Position numbers and translations under genes: made by a program. This document shows positions 1 through 10,816 of a DNA stretch of 64,000 bases, in pieces. The notes below the pieces were generated by a model. It made no database searches. It was given only the letters and a program-made list of their open reading frames with translations, and was not told the origin of the DNA. How positions within the stretch are numbered: the stretch's first letter is position 1; each line of letters begins with the position of its first letter. This DNA comes from Spirochaetaceae bacterium (GTDB taxonomy: Bacteria > Spirochaetota > Spirochaetia > DSM-2461): contig JAOPTT010000002.1 in NCBI GenBank assembly GCA_051531975.1, positions 345,968 through 409,967 of the forward strand, in the 5' to 3' direction.

Positions 1-803
1 GTACCTAACATTAAAAATGAGATAATACCTGTGATTATAGGGATTGTATTTGAAAATGCACTTGTTTTCGTAACTCCAATTTTTTTTAGAACCGAGATAT
101 AAAGTAAAAAAGATAAAACTGATGGAAAGATCGCTAAAAATAACATAGCAAGAATAAATTCATTATTAAGCAGATCTAACGATATGTCTTTAACCTCTAA
201 TGTCAAAAATAGTGGTAAGAACAGAATGGTCCCTACTAAATTTTGTATTGATATAATTGTTAAAGATGAGTAACTATTTCCTAATTTAACAATTAATAAG
301 CTATTGGCAACAGCAGCAAAAACTGCAAAAAACATCAAGATAATTCCTATCATTGAACCCTTTTGATTTATTACATCTAGACCGATCATGATAATGATTC
401 CAGTAAATGATATAAATACACCAGTTATATTAACTTTAGAGACTCTTTCTCTATAAAATATCATAGATGCTAACATAGCAAAAACAGGAATTGTAGCAAT
501 TATTACTGAAGCGTGGGTAGAGGAAATATATTTCATTCCATACCCTTCTCCAATAAAATATAAAAATGGTTCAGTAAAACCCATTAAAAAAAATGTTAAG
601 TAGTCTTTTTGCTGAATCTTCTCTCTATTTTTATTTAAAACATAAATAAACATTAGAGCTGTCGATGCAATAATAAGTCTACCAAAAATCATGGTAATAG
701 GGCCTGTATATTTATATACGATTTTAATAAATACAAAAGACGCACCCCAAAAAAGCATTGCAAAAAGCATGAGTATATAGTTCTTAGTAGTTGAATTAGG
801 CAT
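1..803 (-). CDS. DMT/EamA family transporter (3' end runs off window start)
   Basis: Manual translation from ATG at 803 gives MPNSTTKNYILMLFAMLFWGASFVFIK..., hydrophobic with an EamA-like FWG start; start overlaps the stop of the upstream Cof gene. Confidence 0.8.
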   Translation of the reverse strand, partial: MPNSTTKNYILMLFAMLFWGASFVFIKIVYKYTGPITMIFGRLIIASTALMFIYVLNKNREKIQQKDYLTFFLMGFTEPFLYFIGEGYGMKYISSTHASVIIATIPVFAMLASMIFYRERVSKVNITGVFISFTGIIIMIGLDVINQKGSMIGIILMFFAVFAAVANSLLIVKLGNSYSSLTIISIQNLVGTILFLPLFLTLEVKDISLDLLNNEFILAMLFLAIFPSVLSFLLYISVLKKIGVTKTSAFSNTIPIITGIISFLMLG

Positions 804-1590
804 TTAGAAGTTTCTCCATATATTTTGCAACTCCATCTTGGTCGTTAGTGAAGTCAGAATTTTCAAATTTATCTTTTAGACTCTGAAAACCATTTTTCAT
901 TACGATTCCCTTTCCAGCGTACTCTAACATCTCAAGATCATTAAGACCGTCACCAAAGGCAATTATCTCATGTTGTTTAATCCCGTATGTTTTTGCTACG
1001 CTATCAAGAGCTTTAGCCTTAGAGGCACTGATATCCATAAATTCTAAAAATGTTGGTTTTGAAAATGCGATATAACCAACTTTATTAAATTTAGGTATAA
1101 ACTCTTTTTCTAAGTTTATTAGTGTCTGATGTTCATCTATTAAGATACATTTTGTAAAAGATAGTTGTTTTAGTTTATCAAAATTTACTTTAATACCACT
1201 AAGACCAGTAAGTTCAGCGTATTTTTGGGTTTCTATAGTCTCTTTTTCATAATAGAAGTCCCCATTTATATAACTAACTAGAGTAATATTATCTCTTCTA
1301 GATACTTTTATTAAATCTTTAGCAATATCTTCTGGTAGATTACTATCATGAATAATTTCATCTGTTTTACCGTCTCTTATCATTGCGCCATTATAACAAA
1401 TAACTGGGTATTCAAGTTTTAGGATATGAATTTTAGGTTTTAATGAGCTATAGCTCCTTCCAGTAGCAATAACTATTTTTACACCTTTTAATTCTAACTC
1501 TTTTAATATATTAGCTGTAAAATTAGATATGGAACCCTTACTGTCTAATAAAGTTCCATCTAGATCTAATGCGATTAATTTATATTTCAT
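796..1590 (-). CDS. Cof-type HAD-IIB family hydrolase
   Basis: DLDGTLL motif I, ATGR motif II, FGDGLNDLEM motif IV. Confidence 0.92.
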   Translation of the reverse strand: MKYKLIALDLDGTLLDSKGSISNFTANILKELELKGVKIVIATGRSYSSLKPKIHILKLEYPVICYNGAMIRDGKTDEIIHDSNLPEDIAKDLIKVSRRDNITLVSYINGDFYYEKETIETQKYAELTGLSGIKVNFDKLKQLSFTKCILIDEHQTLINLEKEFIPKFNKVGYIAFSKPTFLEFMDISASKAKALDSVAKTYGIKQHEIIAFGDGLNDLEMLEYAGKGIVMKNGFQSLKDKFENSDFTNDQDGVAKYMEKLLNA

Positions 1591-1608
1591 GGTAATAGTA
1601 TAAATTAA

Positions 1609-2364
1609 TTACAATTTATTTATAAGTTTCTCAAAGCTTTTTTGTAATATATCAAACATATAGGATTGTACGTAATCTTTATCATCTTCTATCATATCTT
1701 CAAATGAAATAAAATAGTCTCCATTATCAAACCTTTTAAGAAGATAACCTACTACTTGTAACTCTCTTTCATTTATTAAAAATGAAACTCTTTCAACATT
1801 ATCGTCGTCATCGATTTTACCTTTTTTAGGTTCCGCTAATATCCCAGCACTACTTATACTTTTAATTGTACCCTTCATGGAGTAACCTTTTAAGGTAAAT
1901 ATTTTTACTGATAGATTAGTTATATTTTCATTTTTATCAAAATCTAGACGAACACTTTTACGTCTACCTCTTGCTTCGTTTAATTCTAATACCTGGTTCA
2001 CTAATTCAACAGTTTTCCAATTATCTTCTTCAAGATGTATATAACCACCTTTTATACCAATATCCATTAGAAACGTTCTTTTTAGTGAAGGTGTCTCTTT
2101 TTTAGAAAATACAGTAATCGCGACATTTTTATATTTCTTATTTAGTTTGTTAATATATTCAGCCCATTGAATGTAGCTTAGATCCTGGTCAATATTTATA
2201 AATACAATTGCATCCTTAAACATATCTAACAGCTCTTCTATTTTACTTTTGTTTTCTAATAAATAAATTTCAAACTCTTGTCTGAATATATTCTCAAGGA
2301 ATGGTCCTTTTAATGACTCAGGGGGATGTATAAAAAATATTTTTCTTCCAAATTTAGATATCAT
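1609..2364 (-). CDS. PilZ-like domain protein (spirochaete type)
   Basis: RGRRKSVR (RxxxR) followed by SISSAG (D/NxSxxG-like) in the C-terminal half. Confidence 0.55.
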   Translation of the reverse strand: MISKFGRKIFFIHPPESLKGPFLENIFRQEFEIYLLENKSKIEELLDMFKDAIVFINIDQDLSYIQWAEYINKLNKKYKNVAITVFSKKETPSLKRTFLMDIGIKGGYIHLEEDNWKTVELVNQVLELNEARGRRKSVRLDFDKNENITNLSVKIFTLKGYSMKGTIKSISSAGILAEPKKGKIDDDDNVERVSFLINERELQVVGYLLKRFDNGDYFISFEDMIEDDKDYVQSYMFDILQKSFEKLINKL

Positions 2365-2456
2365 ACATTATTTATCGGTATTTTTTTAGTAAACAGTAGG
2401 ATAATCTAATTTATAGATTTAGAAAGGATTTGAAATGGTGCAGGTGAAAAGATTTT

Positions 2457-3206
2457 TTAATTGGATGAAGAATTAAAATAATAATCCTGAAGTATTCCAA
2501 CCTCCTCTATCGCAGATTCATATCTAGAAAGTAATTCACCTCCGGTAATCTTGGAAAAGCCATCATAATGTTTACCCATATTTTTACCAAGCATTTCTTG
2601 GGGAACATCTAATACCATAAGCTCATCTGATTTATTATGATTAAGTTCTTTTTTAAAACCATTATATGAATTCATTGATGGAAAAAATGCCATATCAAAT
2701 GACCCTGCCACTAAGCGCATTAAAACTGCTTTACCCCAATTATTTCCGGAAACATATTGAATATCGATTCTTTTATCTTCTGAAAATTTTGGCATTATCA
2801 TATCTAAACAGTATCCAATTTTATACCCGTATAGATCTTCGTTGGAATCAATAATTAAATCTGCATATTCTTTCCTCACTACTATAGGTGCGTTGTCATA
2901 CCAACTTGGAGTATCTGAATATAGAATATAATCCTTTCTCTCATTTGTCCTAGACATAGCATAAAACATATCCAGATTACCATTTTTTAGATAGACTAAT
3001 ATTCTGGCAAAGGGCAGCGGGCCAATCCACTCAACTTTTACTCCCATAGAAGGAGCCAATAGTTCCTCATAATACTCTTTTATTCTGTTATCAAGAACTC
3101 CATTACTGGTGTCATTTATAAGATATCCTATACGCATAATACGTTCATCAGCACCTAAAAATTCTAAAGAGATAATAACAATAATTATAAGTAATAATGG
3201 TTTCAC
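2457..3206 (-). CDS. periplasmic substrate-binding protein (family 3-like), orphan
   Basis: Signal-peptide-like N-terminus; LPFARILVYLKNGNLD, ERKDYILYS and DLYGYKIG segments typical of SBP family 3. Confidence 0.7.
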   Translation of the reverse strand: MKPLLLIIIVIISLEFLGADERIMRIGYLINDTSNGVLDNRIKEYYEELLAPSMGVKVEWIGPLPFARILVYLKNGNLDMFYAMSRTNERKDYILYSDTPSWYDNAPIVVRKEYADLIIDSNEDLYGYKIGYCLDMIMPKFSEDKRIDIQYVSGNNWGKAVLMRLVAGSFDMAFFPSMNSYNGFKKELNHNKSDELMVLDVPQEMLGKNMGKHYDGFSKITGGELLSRYESAIEEVGILQDYYFNSSSN

Positions 3207-3370
3207 AATTTAATCTTAATCTTTAAAGATTTTTTATTCAAACAAATATTGAACATATCAATTATAAATATCTACAAAAGATGCTATTTCCTATATCAAT
3301 TACTTTATGAATCAAACTTCTAATTATGAATTTAATTAAAATAATGTTCTATATAAATACTGAGGTATAG

Positions 3371-4030
3371 ATGTATAAATTCAGAGAAGGTATTTCTCAC
3401 CTGCAGCCAAGAGAGAAAGCTGTCCAGTACGGTATTAAAAACTTAAGTGATAGGGAACTTCTAACTATACTATTAGGTAGTGGTTCAAGGGAGAACCCCG
3501 TAAATAAACTTGCAACAAAAATACTGCTACTTTTAGATAAAACCGATGGGGAAGTATCTACAGATGATTTACAAAAAATAAAAGGAGTTGGAACAGCTAA
3601 AGCTACACTGATTCGAGCATCCCTAGAGTTCTCTAGACGTAGACTCTGTCCCAATGTAACAAAAATAGCCTACCCTACCGATATTCTTCCTGCTGTTAGA
3701 CACTATGTTACGAGGCCACAAGAGTATTTTATTGTAATATCCTTAAATGGTGCCCACGAGATTATCACTACAAATGTTGTAAGCATAGGTATATTAAATA
3801 GAACATTAATTCATCCAAGAGAAGTCTTTTCAGATCCTTTAAAGGAAAGAGCTGCTTCGTTAATTTTATGTCATAATCATCCTAGTGGGAATCTAGAACC
3901 TAGTCCTGAAGATAAGGAAGTAACAGATAGACTAGTTAGTGCTGGAGAATTATTAGGAATTAAAGTTCTAGATCATATAATCTTCTCAGATAAGCACTAT
4001 TATAGTTTTACTGAAGATTCACTTATTTAG
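3371..4030 (+). CDS. radC: RadC family JAB/MPN protein
   Basis: PREK...LSDRELL N-terminus, HhH motif KGVGTAKA, HPREVF, HNHPSG...S..D, LDHII. Confidence 0.93.
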   Translation: MYKFREGISHLQPREKAVQYGIKNLSDRELLTILLGSGSRENPVNKLATKILLLLDKTDGEVSTDDLQKIKGVGTAKATLIRASLEFSRRRLCPNVTKIAYPTDILPAVRHYVTRPQEYFIVISLNGAHEIITTNVVSIGILNRTLIHPREVFSDPLKERAASLILCHNHPSGNLEPSPEDKEVTDRLVSAGELLGIKVLDHIIFSDKHYYSFTEDSLI

Positions 4031-4123
4031 CATAAAAGACAAAGTTTCTCTCTATTTTATATTTACATATTTGACAAAACGTAAAAATAAGGCAACAATG
4101 TAAGTTAACAAGAGGAGACTTAA

Positions 4124-5629
4124 TTGATACTACATCACCAATTTATTCAAACAGCAAAGAAATTTTCCAGTAAAATGGCAATTTTAGATAAAATGACTGG
4201 TTCAGAGGTTTCATATTCCAAAGCTTTAATTGCTTCATTAATTTTAAGTAAAAAGTTTTCAAAATATAAACAGGAACATATTGGTATTATGGTTCCAACT
4301 TCAGCAGGAGCAATGTTATCAACTATTGGAGTTTTAATGGCAGGGAAAATCCCTGTAATGATAAACTACTCAACTGGGGCTCCAGAAAATTGTCATTATG
4401 CACAAAAAAAATGTAATTTTGATACTATAATAACATCAAGAGCTTTATTAGAAAAAATAAATTGCCCAATATTAGATGGGATGATATGTCTAGAAGATAT
4501 AATGAAGTCTATATCTACTTTTGAAAAGATATCTGCTGCGCTTAAAACAAAGTTACCTGTAGCTTCAATAATAAAGTTATTACCAAAGGCAAATATAGAA
4601 GATACAGCTTGTGTTTTATTTACTAGTGGAAGTGAAAAAGATCCAAAGGGAGTTCAACTATCTCATAAAAATCTTGGTTGTAATGTGGATGATGTTGTTA
4701 ATGTACTTGAGCTAAAAGAAAAAGATATTATATTTTCTGTTCTCCCACTTTTTCATGTATTTGGAATTCAAACTAACTTCTGGATGCCTTTGACTAGGGG
4801 TATGACAGCGGTAACATATGCAAATCCATTGGATTTTAAAATGATTCCTAAAATAATCAAAGAGATGAAATGTACTATGATCGCAGCTACCCCAATTTTC
4901 TTAGCTGGTTATGTACGATCCGCATCTAGTGGGGATTTTGAAAACCTAGAACTTGTTGTAGCTGGTGCTGATAAAACTCCTGATTGGTTAAGAGAAGAAT
5001 ATAGAAACAAGCATAATATTGAGATTATTGAAGGTTATGGTGCCACAGAAGCTAGCCCAGTTATATCTGTGAATCATAGAGATAAAAACAAGCCAGGAAG
5101 TATTGGTCTTGTGGTACCACATGCAACTGTGAAAATTACACATATAGAAACTGGAGAGACTCTACCTAATGGAGAAGAAGGAAAGATCCTTGTTAAAGGT
5201 GATCTAGTAATGAAAGGTTATCTCGATTCTGAGAAAACTAAAGAGGCTATTGTTGATGGCTGGTACTATACAGGAGATATCGGTGTTTTAGACGACGATG
5301 GATTTTTATGGCATAAAGGACGTCTTAAACGGTTTGTAAAGGTTGGTGGTGAGATGGTATCCTTAGTACATACAGAAATTATACTTTCAGAGATATTAGG
5401 AAGTGAAATAGATTGTTGTGTAGTTGGTCTACCGGATGACATAAAAGGCTCTACATTAATCGCTGTTATTACAAAAGAGATAGATACTAATGATGTAAAA
5501 AAGCAGCTTTCTAAAGAACTACCTGCTATTTGCATACCAAAAAAATTCGTAGTATTACCGGAACTACCTAAGATGGGAACCGGTAAAATAGATTTTAGAA
5601 AAGTAACAGATTTAATGTTAAAATCATAA
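4124..5629 (+). CDS. AMP-binding acyl-ACP/CoA synthetase (stand-alone Aas C-terminal-like domain)
   Basis: FTSGSEKDPKGV, EGYGATE, WYYTGD, GRLKRFVKVGGEMVSL, GTGKIDF; GGAG RBS before TTG. Confidence 0.88.
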   Translation: MILHHQFIQTAKKFSSKMAILDKMTGSEVSYSKALIASLILSKKFSKYKQEHIGIMVPTSAGAMLSTIGVLMAGKIPVMINYSTGAPENCHYAQKKCNFDTIITSRALLEKINCPILDGMICLEDIMKSISTFEKISAALKTKLPVASIIKLLPKANIEDTACVLFTSGSEKDPKGVQLSHKNLGCNVDDVVNVLELKEKDIIFSVLPLFHVFGIQTNFWMPLTRGMTAVTYANPLDFKMIPKIIKEMKCTMIAATPIFLAGYVRSASSGDFENLELVVAGADKTPDWLREEYRNKHNIEIIEGYGATEASPVISVNHRDKNKPGSIGLVVPHATVKITHIETGETLPNGEEGKILVKGDLVMKGYLDSEKTKEAIVDGWYYTGDIGVLDDDGFLWHKGRLKRFVKVGGEMVSLVHTEIILSEILGSEIDCCVVGLPDDIKGSTLIAVITKEIDTNDVKKQLSKELPAICIPKKFVVLPELPKMGTGKIDFRKVTDLMLKS

Positions 5630-6482
5630 TTACTGATACAACGATACTTAAAGAGAGGGTATTTGTTACGTACCCTAAATTTTTATGATCGTCTTGATCC
5701 ATAAATATTGATACTACAAATGGTGGTGGCATTAAAAACATTACTAATACCCCATATTCAAATATGATTGGTAGCCCTAAAAAGCTACTAATAATAAACT
5801 TATTAACTAACAGTGCACTAATAAAAAGAAGTGTTTTTCTAAATATCACAGTTTTTAATGCAAGTAGAAATCCTTCTTTTTTAAACTCTATTTCATACCC
5901 TAAACTAATCATAATTAATGGCATGGTTAAACTACCAAGGATATCAATAATTTCAATTTGAGTTATATCTATATTTATTAGGCCAATTATTAATCCAGAA
6001 ATTATAGCAATAATCACTGGTGATTTAATAAATGTTTTTGAGATCTCTTTAATAGAATTTTTCCCACTCTTTAACTGCCCAAGAGACGGTATTAAAACAA
6101 AAAATACAAATAGAACCTGTCCTAAATCTATAACTGCAATTACTGGAAGATTTTCTTGGCCAAATATAGTTAAAAAAAGAGCATAACCAAGCATACCCAT
6201 TTCAAAACCACCTAATAGATGGGGAAGATAAGGGCTTTTAATCTTAATGACTTTTTTTAAGGGTCTGGCTAATAAAAAGATACAAAGAGGAATACAAAAC
6301 ATCAATATAACAATAAGTAAGTACTCTTTCTGAAAGTCTATTCCAGAGAACCCTTTAAAAAGAAGTGCAGGAAGAGTAACATTTGCAACTATTTTTTTTA
6401 AATCTCTAATGGTTTGTGTTTTAAGGAATTTAGAAAACTTAAAAAAAACTCCTAATAAAAACAGTAAAAAAATTGATAACAT
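5595..6482 (-). CDS. AEC (auxin efflux carrier) family membrane transporter
   Basis: Multi-TM protein with NVTLPALLF and PLIMISLG; start placed at ATG 6482 just after the upstream stop; 3' end overlaps the convergent gene by 35 nt. Confidence 0.75.
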   Translation of the reverse strand: MLSIFLLFLLGVFFKFSKFLKTQTIRDLKKIVANVTLPALLFKGFSGIDFQKEYLLIVILMFCIPLCIFLLARPLKKVIKIKSPYLPHLLGGFEMGMLGYALFLTIFGQENLPVIAVIDLGQVLFVFFVLIPSLGQLKSGKNSIKEISKTFIKSPVIIAIISGLIIGLINIDITQIEIIDILGSLTMPLIMISLGYEIEFKKEGFLLALKTVIFRKTLLFISALLVNKFIISSFLGLPIIFEYGVLVMFLMPPPFVVSIFMDQDDHKNLGYVTNTLSLSIVVSVIMILTLNLLLF

Positions 6483-6483
6483 A

Positions 6484-7599
6484 CTACCCTCTCTTAACTT
6501 TATACATATGACTATCGGCATCGTGAATTAACTCTTTATAATTTGAGTGTTTATTAGGATCGTACATTACTGCTCCTGCACTAAATTTAAGTTTATATGG
6601 TTTAATTTCTTTATTATTATATTCTTCGATATCGGTACTTATTCGATTAATAGCTTTTTCAATAATTAACTCATAAGATGAATCCACAATTATTAAAAAC
6701 TCATCTCCACCATAACGACCAACTATATCTTTCTTTTTAAAAAGGATATTTATAATGTTTGAGAATATTTTTAATGCTTCGTCTCCCTCTTTATGTCCAA
6801 AGTTATCGTTTATCTCTTTAAAGTCGTTTAAATCTATAACAATAACAGCAAATGTTTTTTTTATATTTGGATTTCGCAGTCTATTTATAATCCATAACTC
6901 AAGTTCTCTTCTTGTTGATAACCCTGTTAGGAAATCTTTAGATAAATTTCGTAGTTCTAAAATAACAAAAGTAGCTAAACATGCTAATGCTGCAGAGTTC
7001 CATATAAGCAGAGTGTTCATAAAATAGGTCTGGAATAAAACTGAGCAGATGGGGAAAAAAGTAAAAAAGAAATAAGATGTTATTATACTTGTATCTAGAG
7101 AGCGTTTATTTTTTATTAATATAGGAATCGAAGCTAAAAGAATAAGCCACAGATATACAAATATAAAAATACTATATGGTCCTCTTTGGTATAAATTATT
7201 ATTAAAACTATAAAACCAACCTGTTTTTATATTAATAATCATGAATACAATTGCAATAATTACAAATTCTGATGCAAATATTCTTCTTTTTAATCTCGCT
7301 AATGAACCAACTACTTTATAGTCTATATATACTAACCAAACGGCAGGAACTAATGGATTTAGGGAGAAAAAAACAAAATGAGAAACTTCATTCAATCTTT
7401 TAGAAAAATCACCTGTTTTACCATCGGTATACCATAATAAACTTTCTAAAAATAACATTAAAATTATTGATGCAATTAACACTATAAATATACGGTTTGA
7501 AATTGATAAATGTTGCCGACTATATACTAATGCAAATAGAAGAATGATTAATATTCCTATTGAGAAAAAATTTATATCAACAACTATAAAGAGATCCAT
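6484..7599 (-). CDS. membrane-bound diguanylate cyclase (GGDEF)
   Basis: Several N-terminal TM helices; DFLTGL, DLNDFKEINDNFGHKEGD, RYGGDEF. Confidence 0.92.
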   Translation of the reverse strand: MDLFIVVDINFFSIGILIILLFALVYSRQHLSISNRIFIVLIASIILMLFLESLLWYTDGKTGDFSKRLNEVSHFVFFSLNPLVPAVWLVYIDYKVVGSLARLKRRIFASEFVIIAIVFMIINIKTGWFYSFNNNLYQRGPYSIFIFVYLWLILLASIPILIKNKRSLDTSIITSYFFFTFFPICSVLFQTYFMNTLLIWNSAALACLATFVILELRNLSKDFLTGLSTRRELELWIINRLRNPNIKKTFAVIVIDLNDFKEINDNFGHKEGDEALKIFSNIINILFKKKDIVGRYGGDEFLIIVDSSYELIIEKAINRISTDIEEYNNKEIKPYKLKFSAGAVMYDPNKHSNYKELIHDADSHMYKVKRG

Positions 7600-7660
7600 A
7601 AATTAATCATAATACATTAAAATACTTTTATCCATGGATTAAAATCGATATACTAGCAAT

Positions 7661-8341
7661 ATGACATTTCATAAACCTACAATGCTAGCTTCTTTAAAAG
7701 CATCTTCTCCCGTTTTTTTTGGATATATTTCCATTGGTTTTGCATATGGATTTATTTTAGTTAAGGCTGGATTTCCATGGTACTACGCACTAATAATGTG
7801 TATTGTAATATTTGCTGGGGCAGCTCAGTTTATGGCAATAAGTCTACTTTTATCCGATAAAAGCCCATTAGAGATTGGATTAGCAGTTTTTTTAGTAAAT
7901 GCGAGGCACATGGTATATGGATTGTCTCTTTTAGAACGGTTTAAAGGTTTTAAAAAGTTAAAAAAATACCTGATCTATGGTTTAACCGATGAAACATACG
8001 CCTTATTAACTACACTAGAGACTCCTAAAGGTTCTTCCCCAGAGGTGTTTGACTTTTGGATTACTGCATTTAACCAGAGTTATTGGACTATGGGAAGTTT
8101 ATTAGGTGCACTACTTGGTACCATTGTAAGTTTTAATGCTCCTGGTTTAGATTTTGCCTTAACAGCACTATTTATAGTTTTAACTATTGAACAGATAAAG
8201 GCAATAAAAAAAGTTGGTCCTTTTTTATTACCAATAATAATAATATTGGGTCTACAAATAACTGGATTCACCAATGACATTCTAATTATTTCTATAGTTT
8301 TAAGTTCCATTGGATGCTTTTTTATTGGAGGTAAAAAATGA
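7661..8341 (+). CDS. azlC: AzlC family branched-chain amino acid exporter
   Basis: FAGAAQF, NARHMVYG, LTDETYA motifs. Confidence 0.9.
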   Translation: MTFHKPTMLASLKASSPVFFGYISIGFAYGFILVKAGFPWYYALIMCIVIFAGAAQFMAISLLLSDKSPLEIGLAVFLVNARHMVYGLSLLERFKGFKKLKKYLIYGLTDETYALLTTLETPKGSSPEVFDFWITAFNQSYWTMGSLLGALLGTIVSFNAPGLDFALTALFIVLTIEQIKAIKKVGPFLLPIIIILGLQITGFTNDILIISIVLSSIGCFFIGGKK

Positions 8342-8646
8342 GAATATTTTTAGCTATCTTAGCAATGGGAATTGCAACTCAGTTAACTAGAGTTTTCCCA
8401 TTTTTACTGTTTAGTAAAAGAGAAGCACCTAGATGGTTATTAACCGGTGCAAAGCTAATTCCAGGTGCTGTAATGTTAACTCTTGTATTAACATCTCTAC
8501 CACTTTCAGTAGCTGCACAGAATTTTAAATTGCAATGGTTAGGTGCGGCTTCTGTTGTAACACTTCATCTGCTATTTAAACATCCCCTAGTTAGTATTTT
8601 TGGTGGAACTGCTGTATATATGCTACTACTACAATTGACATTATAA
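8338..8646 (+). CDS. azlD: AzlD family protein
   Basis: TRVFPFLLF and SIFGGTAVYM; ATGA overlap with azlC. Confidence 0.85.
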   Translation: MRIFLAILAMGIATQLTRVFPFLLFSKREAPRWLLTGAKLIPGAVMLTLVLTSLPLSVAAQNFKLQWLGAASVVTLHLLFKHPLVSIFGGTAVYMLLLQLTL

Positions 8647-8669
8647 AACTAGAGCATTAGAATCATGCA

Positions 8670-9179
8670 ATGATTGACGAAGAGTATGCAAAATTATTAA
8701 GAGAAGCTGAACTAGACTATGAGAACAATAAAAAGTTTGTCATGGTACTTAAGAATGTAAGAGCTAAAAACCTTGATAGAGAGTTTAATGTTCTACATGA
8801 TAGAGCTTTTGAAGAGATTGATTGTTTAAAGTGTGGAAACTGCTGTAGAACTGTCGCTCCTATATATCAGCAAAAAGATATTGTTAGATTGGCTAAAAGA
8901 TTTAACTGTCGTCCTATTGTTTGGGAAAAAGAATATACTGATGTAGATGATGACAATGATAGAATTGCAAAGACAACTCCATGCCCATTTCTTGCAGAAG
9001 ACAACTATTGTATCTATTACGAAGACAAACCAAAATATTGTAGAGATTACCCATACACAGATAAAACTAGGCTACGAAACTATTTAAGAGAAACAATGCA
9101 AAATACGAAAGTATGCCCTGCTGTTTACTTAATGGTTAAGTGGTTAAAAGAGAGTGTAAACAACGGTACGCTTAGATAA
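8670..9179 (+). CDS. YkgJ family cysteine-cluster protein
   Basis: CLKCGNCC, CPFL...C.YY..KP..CRDYP pattern. Confidence 0.85.
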   Translation: MIDEEYAKLLREAELDYENNKKFVMVLKNVRAKNLDREFNVLHDRAFEEIDCLKCGNCCRTVAPIYQQKDIVRLAKRFNCRPIVWEKEYTDVDDDNDRIAKTTPCPFLAEDNYCIYYEDKPKYCRDYPYTDKTRLRNYLRETMQNTKVCPAVYLMVKWLKESVNNGTLR

Positions 9180-9232
9180 ATTTTGCTTGATCCTGGAGTG
9201 TCACTTTTGATATTGTAGGATCAAGCAAAATT
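9179..9232. repeat. 16-bp perfect inverted repeat with 22-nt spacer
   Basis: AATTTTGCTTGATCCT-N22-AGGATCAAGCAAAATT. Confidence 0.8.
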
Positions 9233-9278
9233 AAAATTAGATCCTAATTAAATAAACCAACATCTTTATGTTTAATGT

Positions 9279-9306
9279 AAAAAAAAGCCACCCTAAGGTG
9301 ACTTTT
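9279..9306. terminator. probable bidirectional intrinsic terminator
   Basis: A-run, AGCCACC-CTAA-GGTGACT, T-run between convergent genes. Confidence 0.7.
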
Positions 9307-9325
9307 ATAACAACAATGAATGGTC

Positions 9326-10810
9326 TTAGAAACTTCCACCACCTAGGTTAACAGTTAAACTAATAGCAAACTCATCACCAAAATCATATTCGTCTCCATC
9401 ATCACTAACATCGAAAGTTGCACCTAATGACATTGAAAGATCATCAAACAGTGAATAAGTTATAGATGGTTTGATAAATCCTGATACATCAACAAGGTTT
9501 AATAGTGAAAATGCACTAATTGATAAATCTTCGTTATCAAAAAGATTACTAATACTAAAACTAAGACCTAAATAATGTTTATGTCTGTTTGTTAAATCAC
9601 TAAATCCTACTCCATCAGCTAACAAAGGTGCTAATGTCACGGCAGCAGAAAGATCTTCCTGAGCCATAAGTGAATATAGTGCTGTGACATCCTTCACAAT
9701 TGTTGAATCACTATCATAACCTTCACCATTATAATAATACTGCCCAATAAATCTGAAACTATTTTCTAGTATATCTTTAGACCACATAAAACCAGCTGTA
9801 CCATTAAAAAACAGTTTTTCGTCGTAAGTAGTTGTAGTATAATCATCTTCTATAAAGGTTTTATCTGAACCATATAGTCCTACTGCTTCACCAAAAAATG
9901 ACCACTGACCAAAGTTTGAATTTGTACCATATGTTGCACTAACCATTCCTCTAGGAGCACTATCTTTCTGATAATAGAAACCTGTACTAACTTCAGTTTC
10001 ACCTAATAATATCTGATACATAGGTGCTACAATTAGGTCTGAAATACTAGCATCTGATGAGTCCTCAAATACTGAATTTGGAACTGTAATAAAAGTATAT
10101 AAATTATCAAGTCCAAAAGGCATACTCATCTTTATTGCAATAGGTCCTTCTCTATCAGCTTCAGGATTTTCTGGATCTATAGATTCTAGACTTAAAAAAT
10201 CTGCAGGACTGAAGAAATAACCTACACCCCATTTTGCATTTTGCTTTCCAACTCTAAAAAACAGTTTATTATCATAATTAAAGTCTGTAAAAAGCTCCTC
10301 AATTGTAATTGCTGGAATCTGAACTTCAGCAAAATTACCTTCAAGAACATCTCCTGGGTTATCTGAATCTTCTAACAGTGCGTTAGCAGAATTGTAGAAT
10401 GGTATTGAAGTTGAAACTTTACCATAATATCTAGTTGAATCCGTTGGTCTTGCATTAAAATACAAAGTAGCACTTAGATCAGGAGAAAAAGTCTCCTCAT
10501 TCTCATCTGGATCTGCTAAGTCACTAAAACCAGGCAGGTCCGTATAAGTTAATCCAGCAGAGATTGAAGCAGAAAATGAACCGCCCCACTCAACACCCTT
10601 AGTTGTTAAAAGTTCAGAGGAAGTTTCAGCAACCTGGTCAGATGTATCTTCTACAACCTCCAAGAAAGAGTCATCTCCTTCTTCTCCAAACATATCGTCA
10701 AAATCAAAATTCTCTAGGTCTACATCGTCTGAGAAGAAATCCTCACCGACCTCTTCTGCAAAGATAAAAAACGATGAACACATCAGTATAATTGCTAATA
10801 TTTTTTTCAT
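9326..10810 (-). CDS. putative outer-membrane beta-barrel protein
   Basis: Signal peptide, acidic N-terminal segment, RVGKQ..KWGVG.FFSP.D, alternating beta-strand pattern, C-terminal Phe; last gene of the ABC operon. Confidence 0.6.
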   Translation of the reverse strand: MKKILAIILMCSSFFIFAEEVGEDFFSDDVDLENFDFDDMFGEEGDDSFLEVVEDTSDQVAETSSELLTTKGVEWGGSFSASISAGLTYTDLPGFSDLADPDENEETFSPDLSATLYFNARPTDSTRYYGKVSTSIPFYNSANALLEDSDNPGDVLEGNFAEVQIPAITIEELFTDFNYDNKLFFRVGKQNAKWGVGYFFSPADFLSLESIDPENPEADREGPIAIKMSMPFGLDNLYTFITVPNSVFEDSSDASISDLIVAPMYQILLGETEVSTGFYYQKDSAPRGMVSATYGTNSNFGQWSFFGEAVGLYGSDKTFIEDDYTTTTYDEKLFFNGTAGFMWSKDILENSFRFIGQYYYNGEGYDSDSTIVKDVTALYSLMAQEDLSAAVTLAPLLADGVGFSDLTNRHKHYLGLSFSISNLFDNEDLSISAFSLLNLVDVSGFIKPSITYSLFDDLSMSLGATFDVSDDGDEYDFGDEFAISLTVNLGGGSF

Positions 10811-10816
10811 AATTAC

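Noticed and set aside
3371..4030. radC as a marker of a mobile element or prophage
   Set aside because: Full-length chromosomal type with HhH region; no integrase, att site or phage genes nearby
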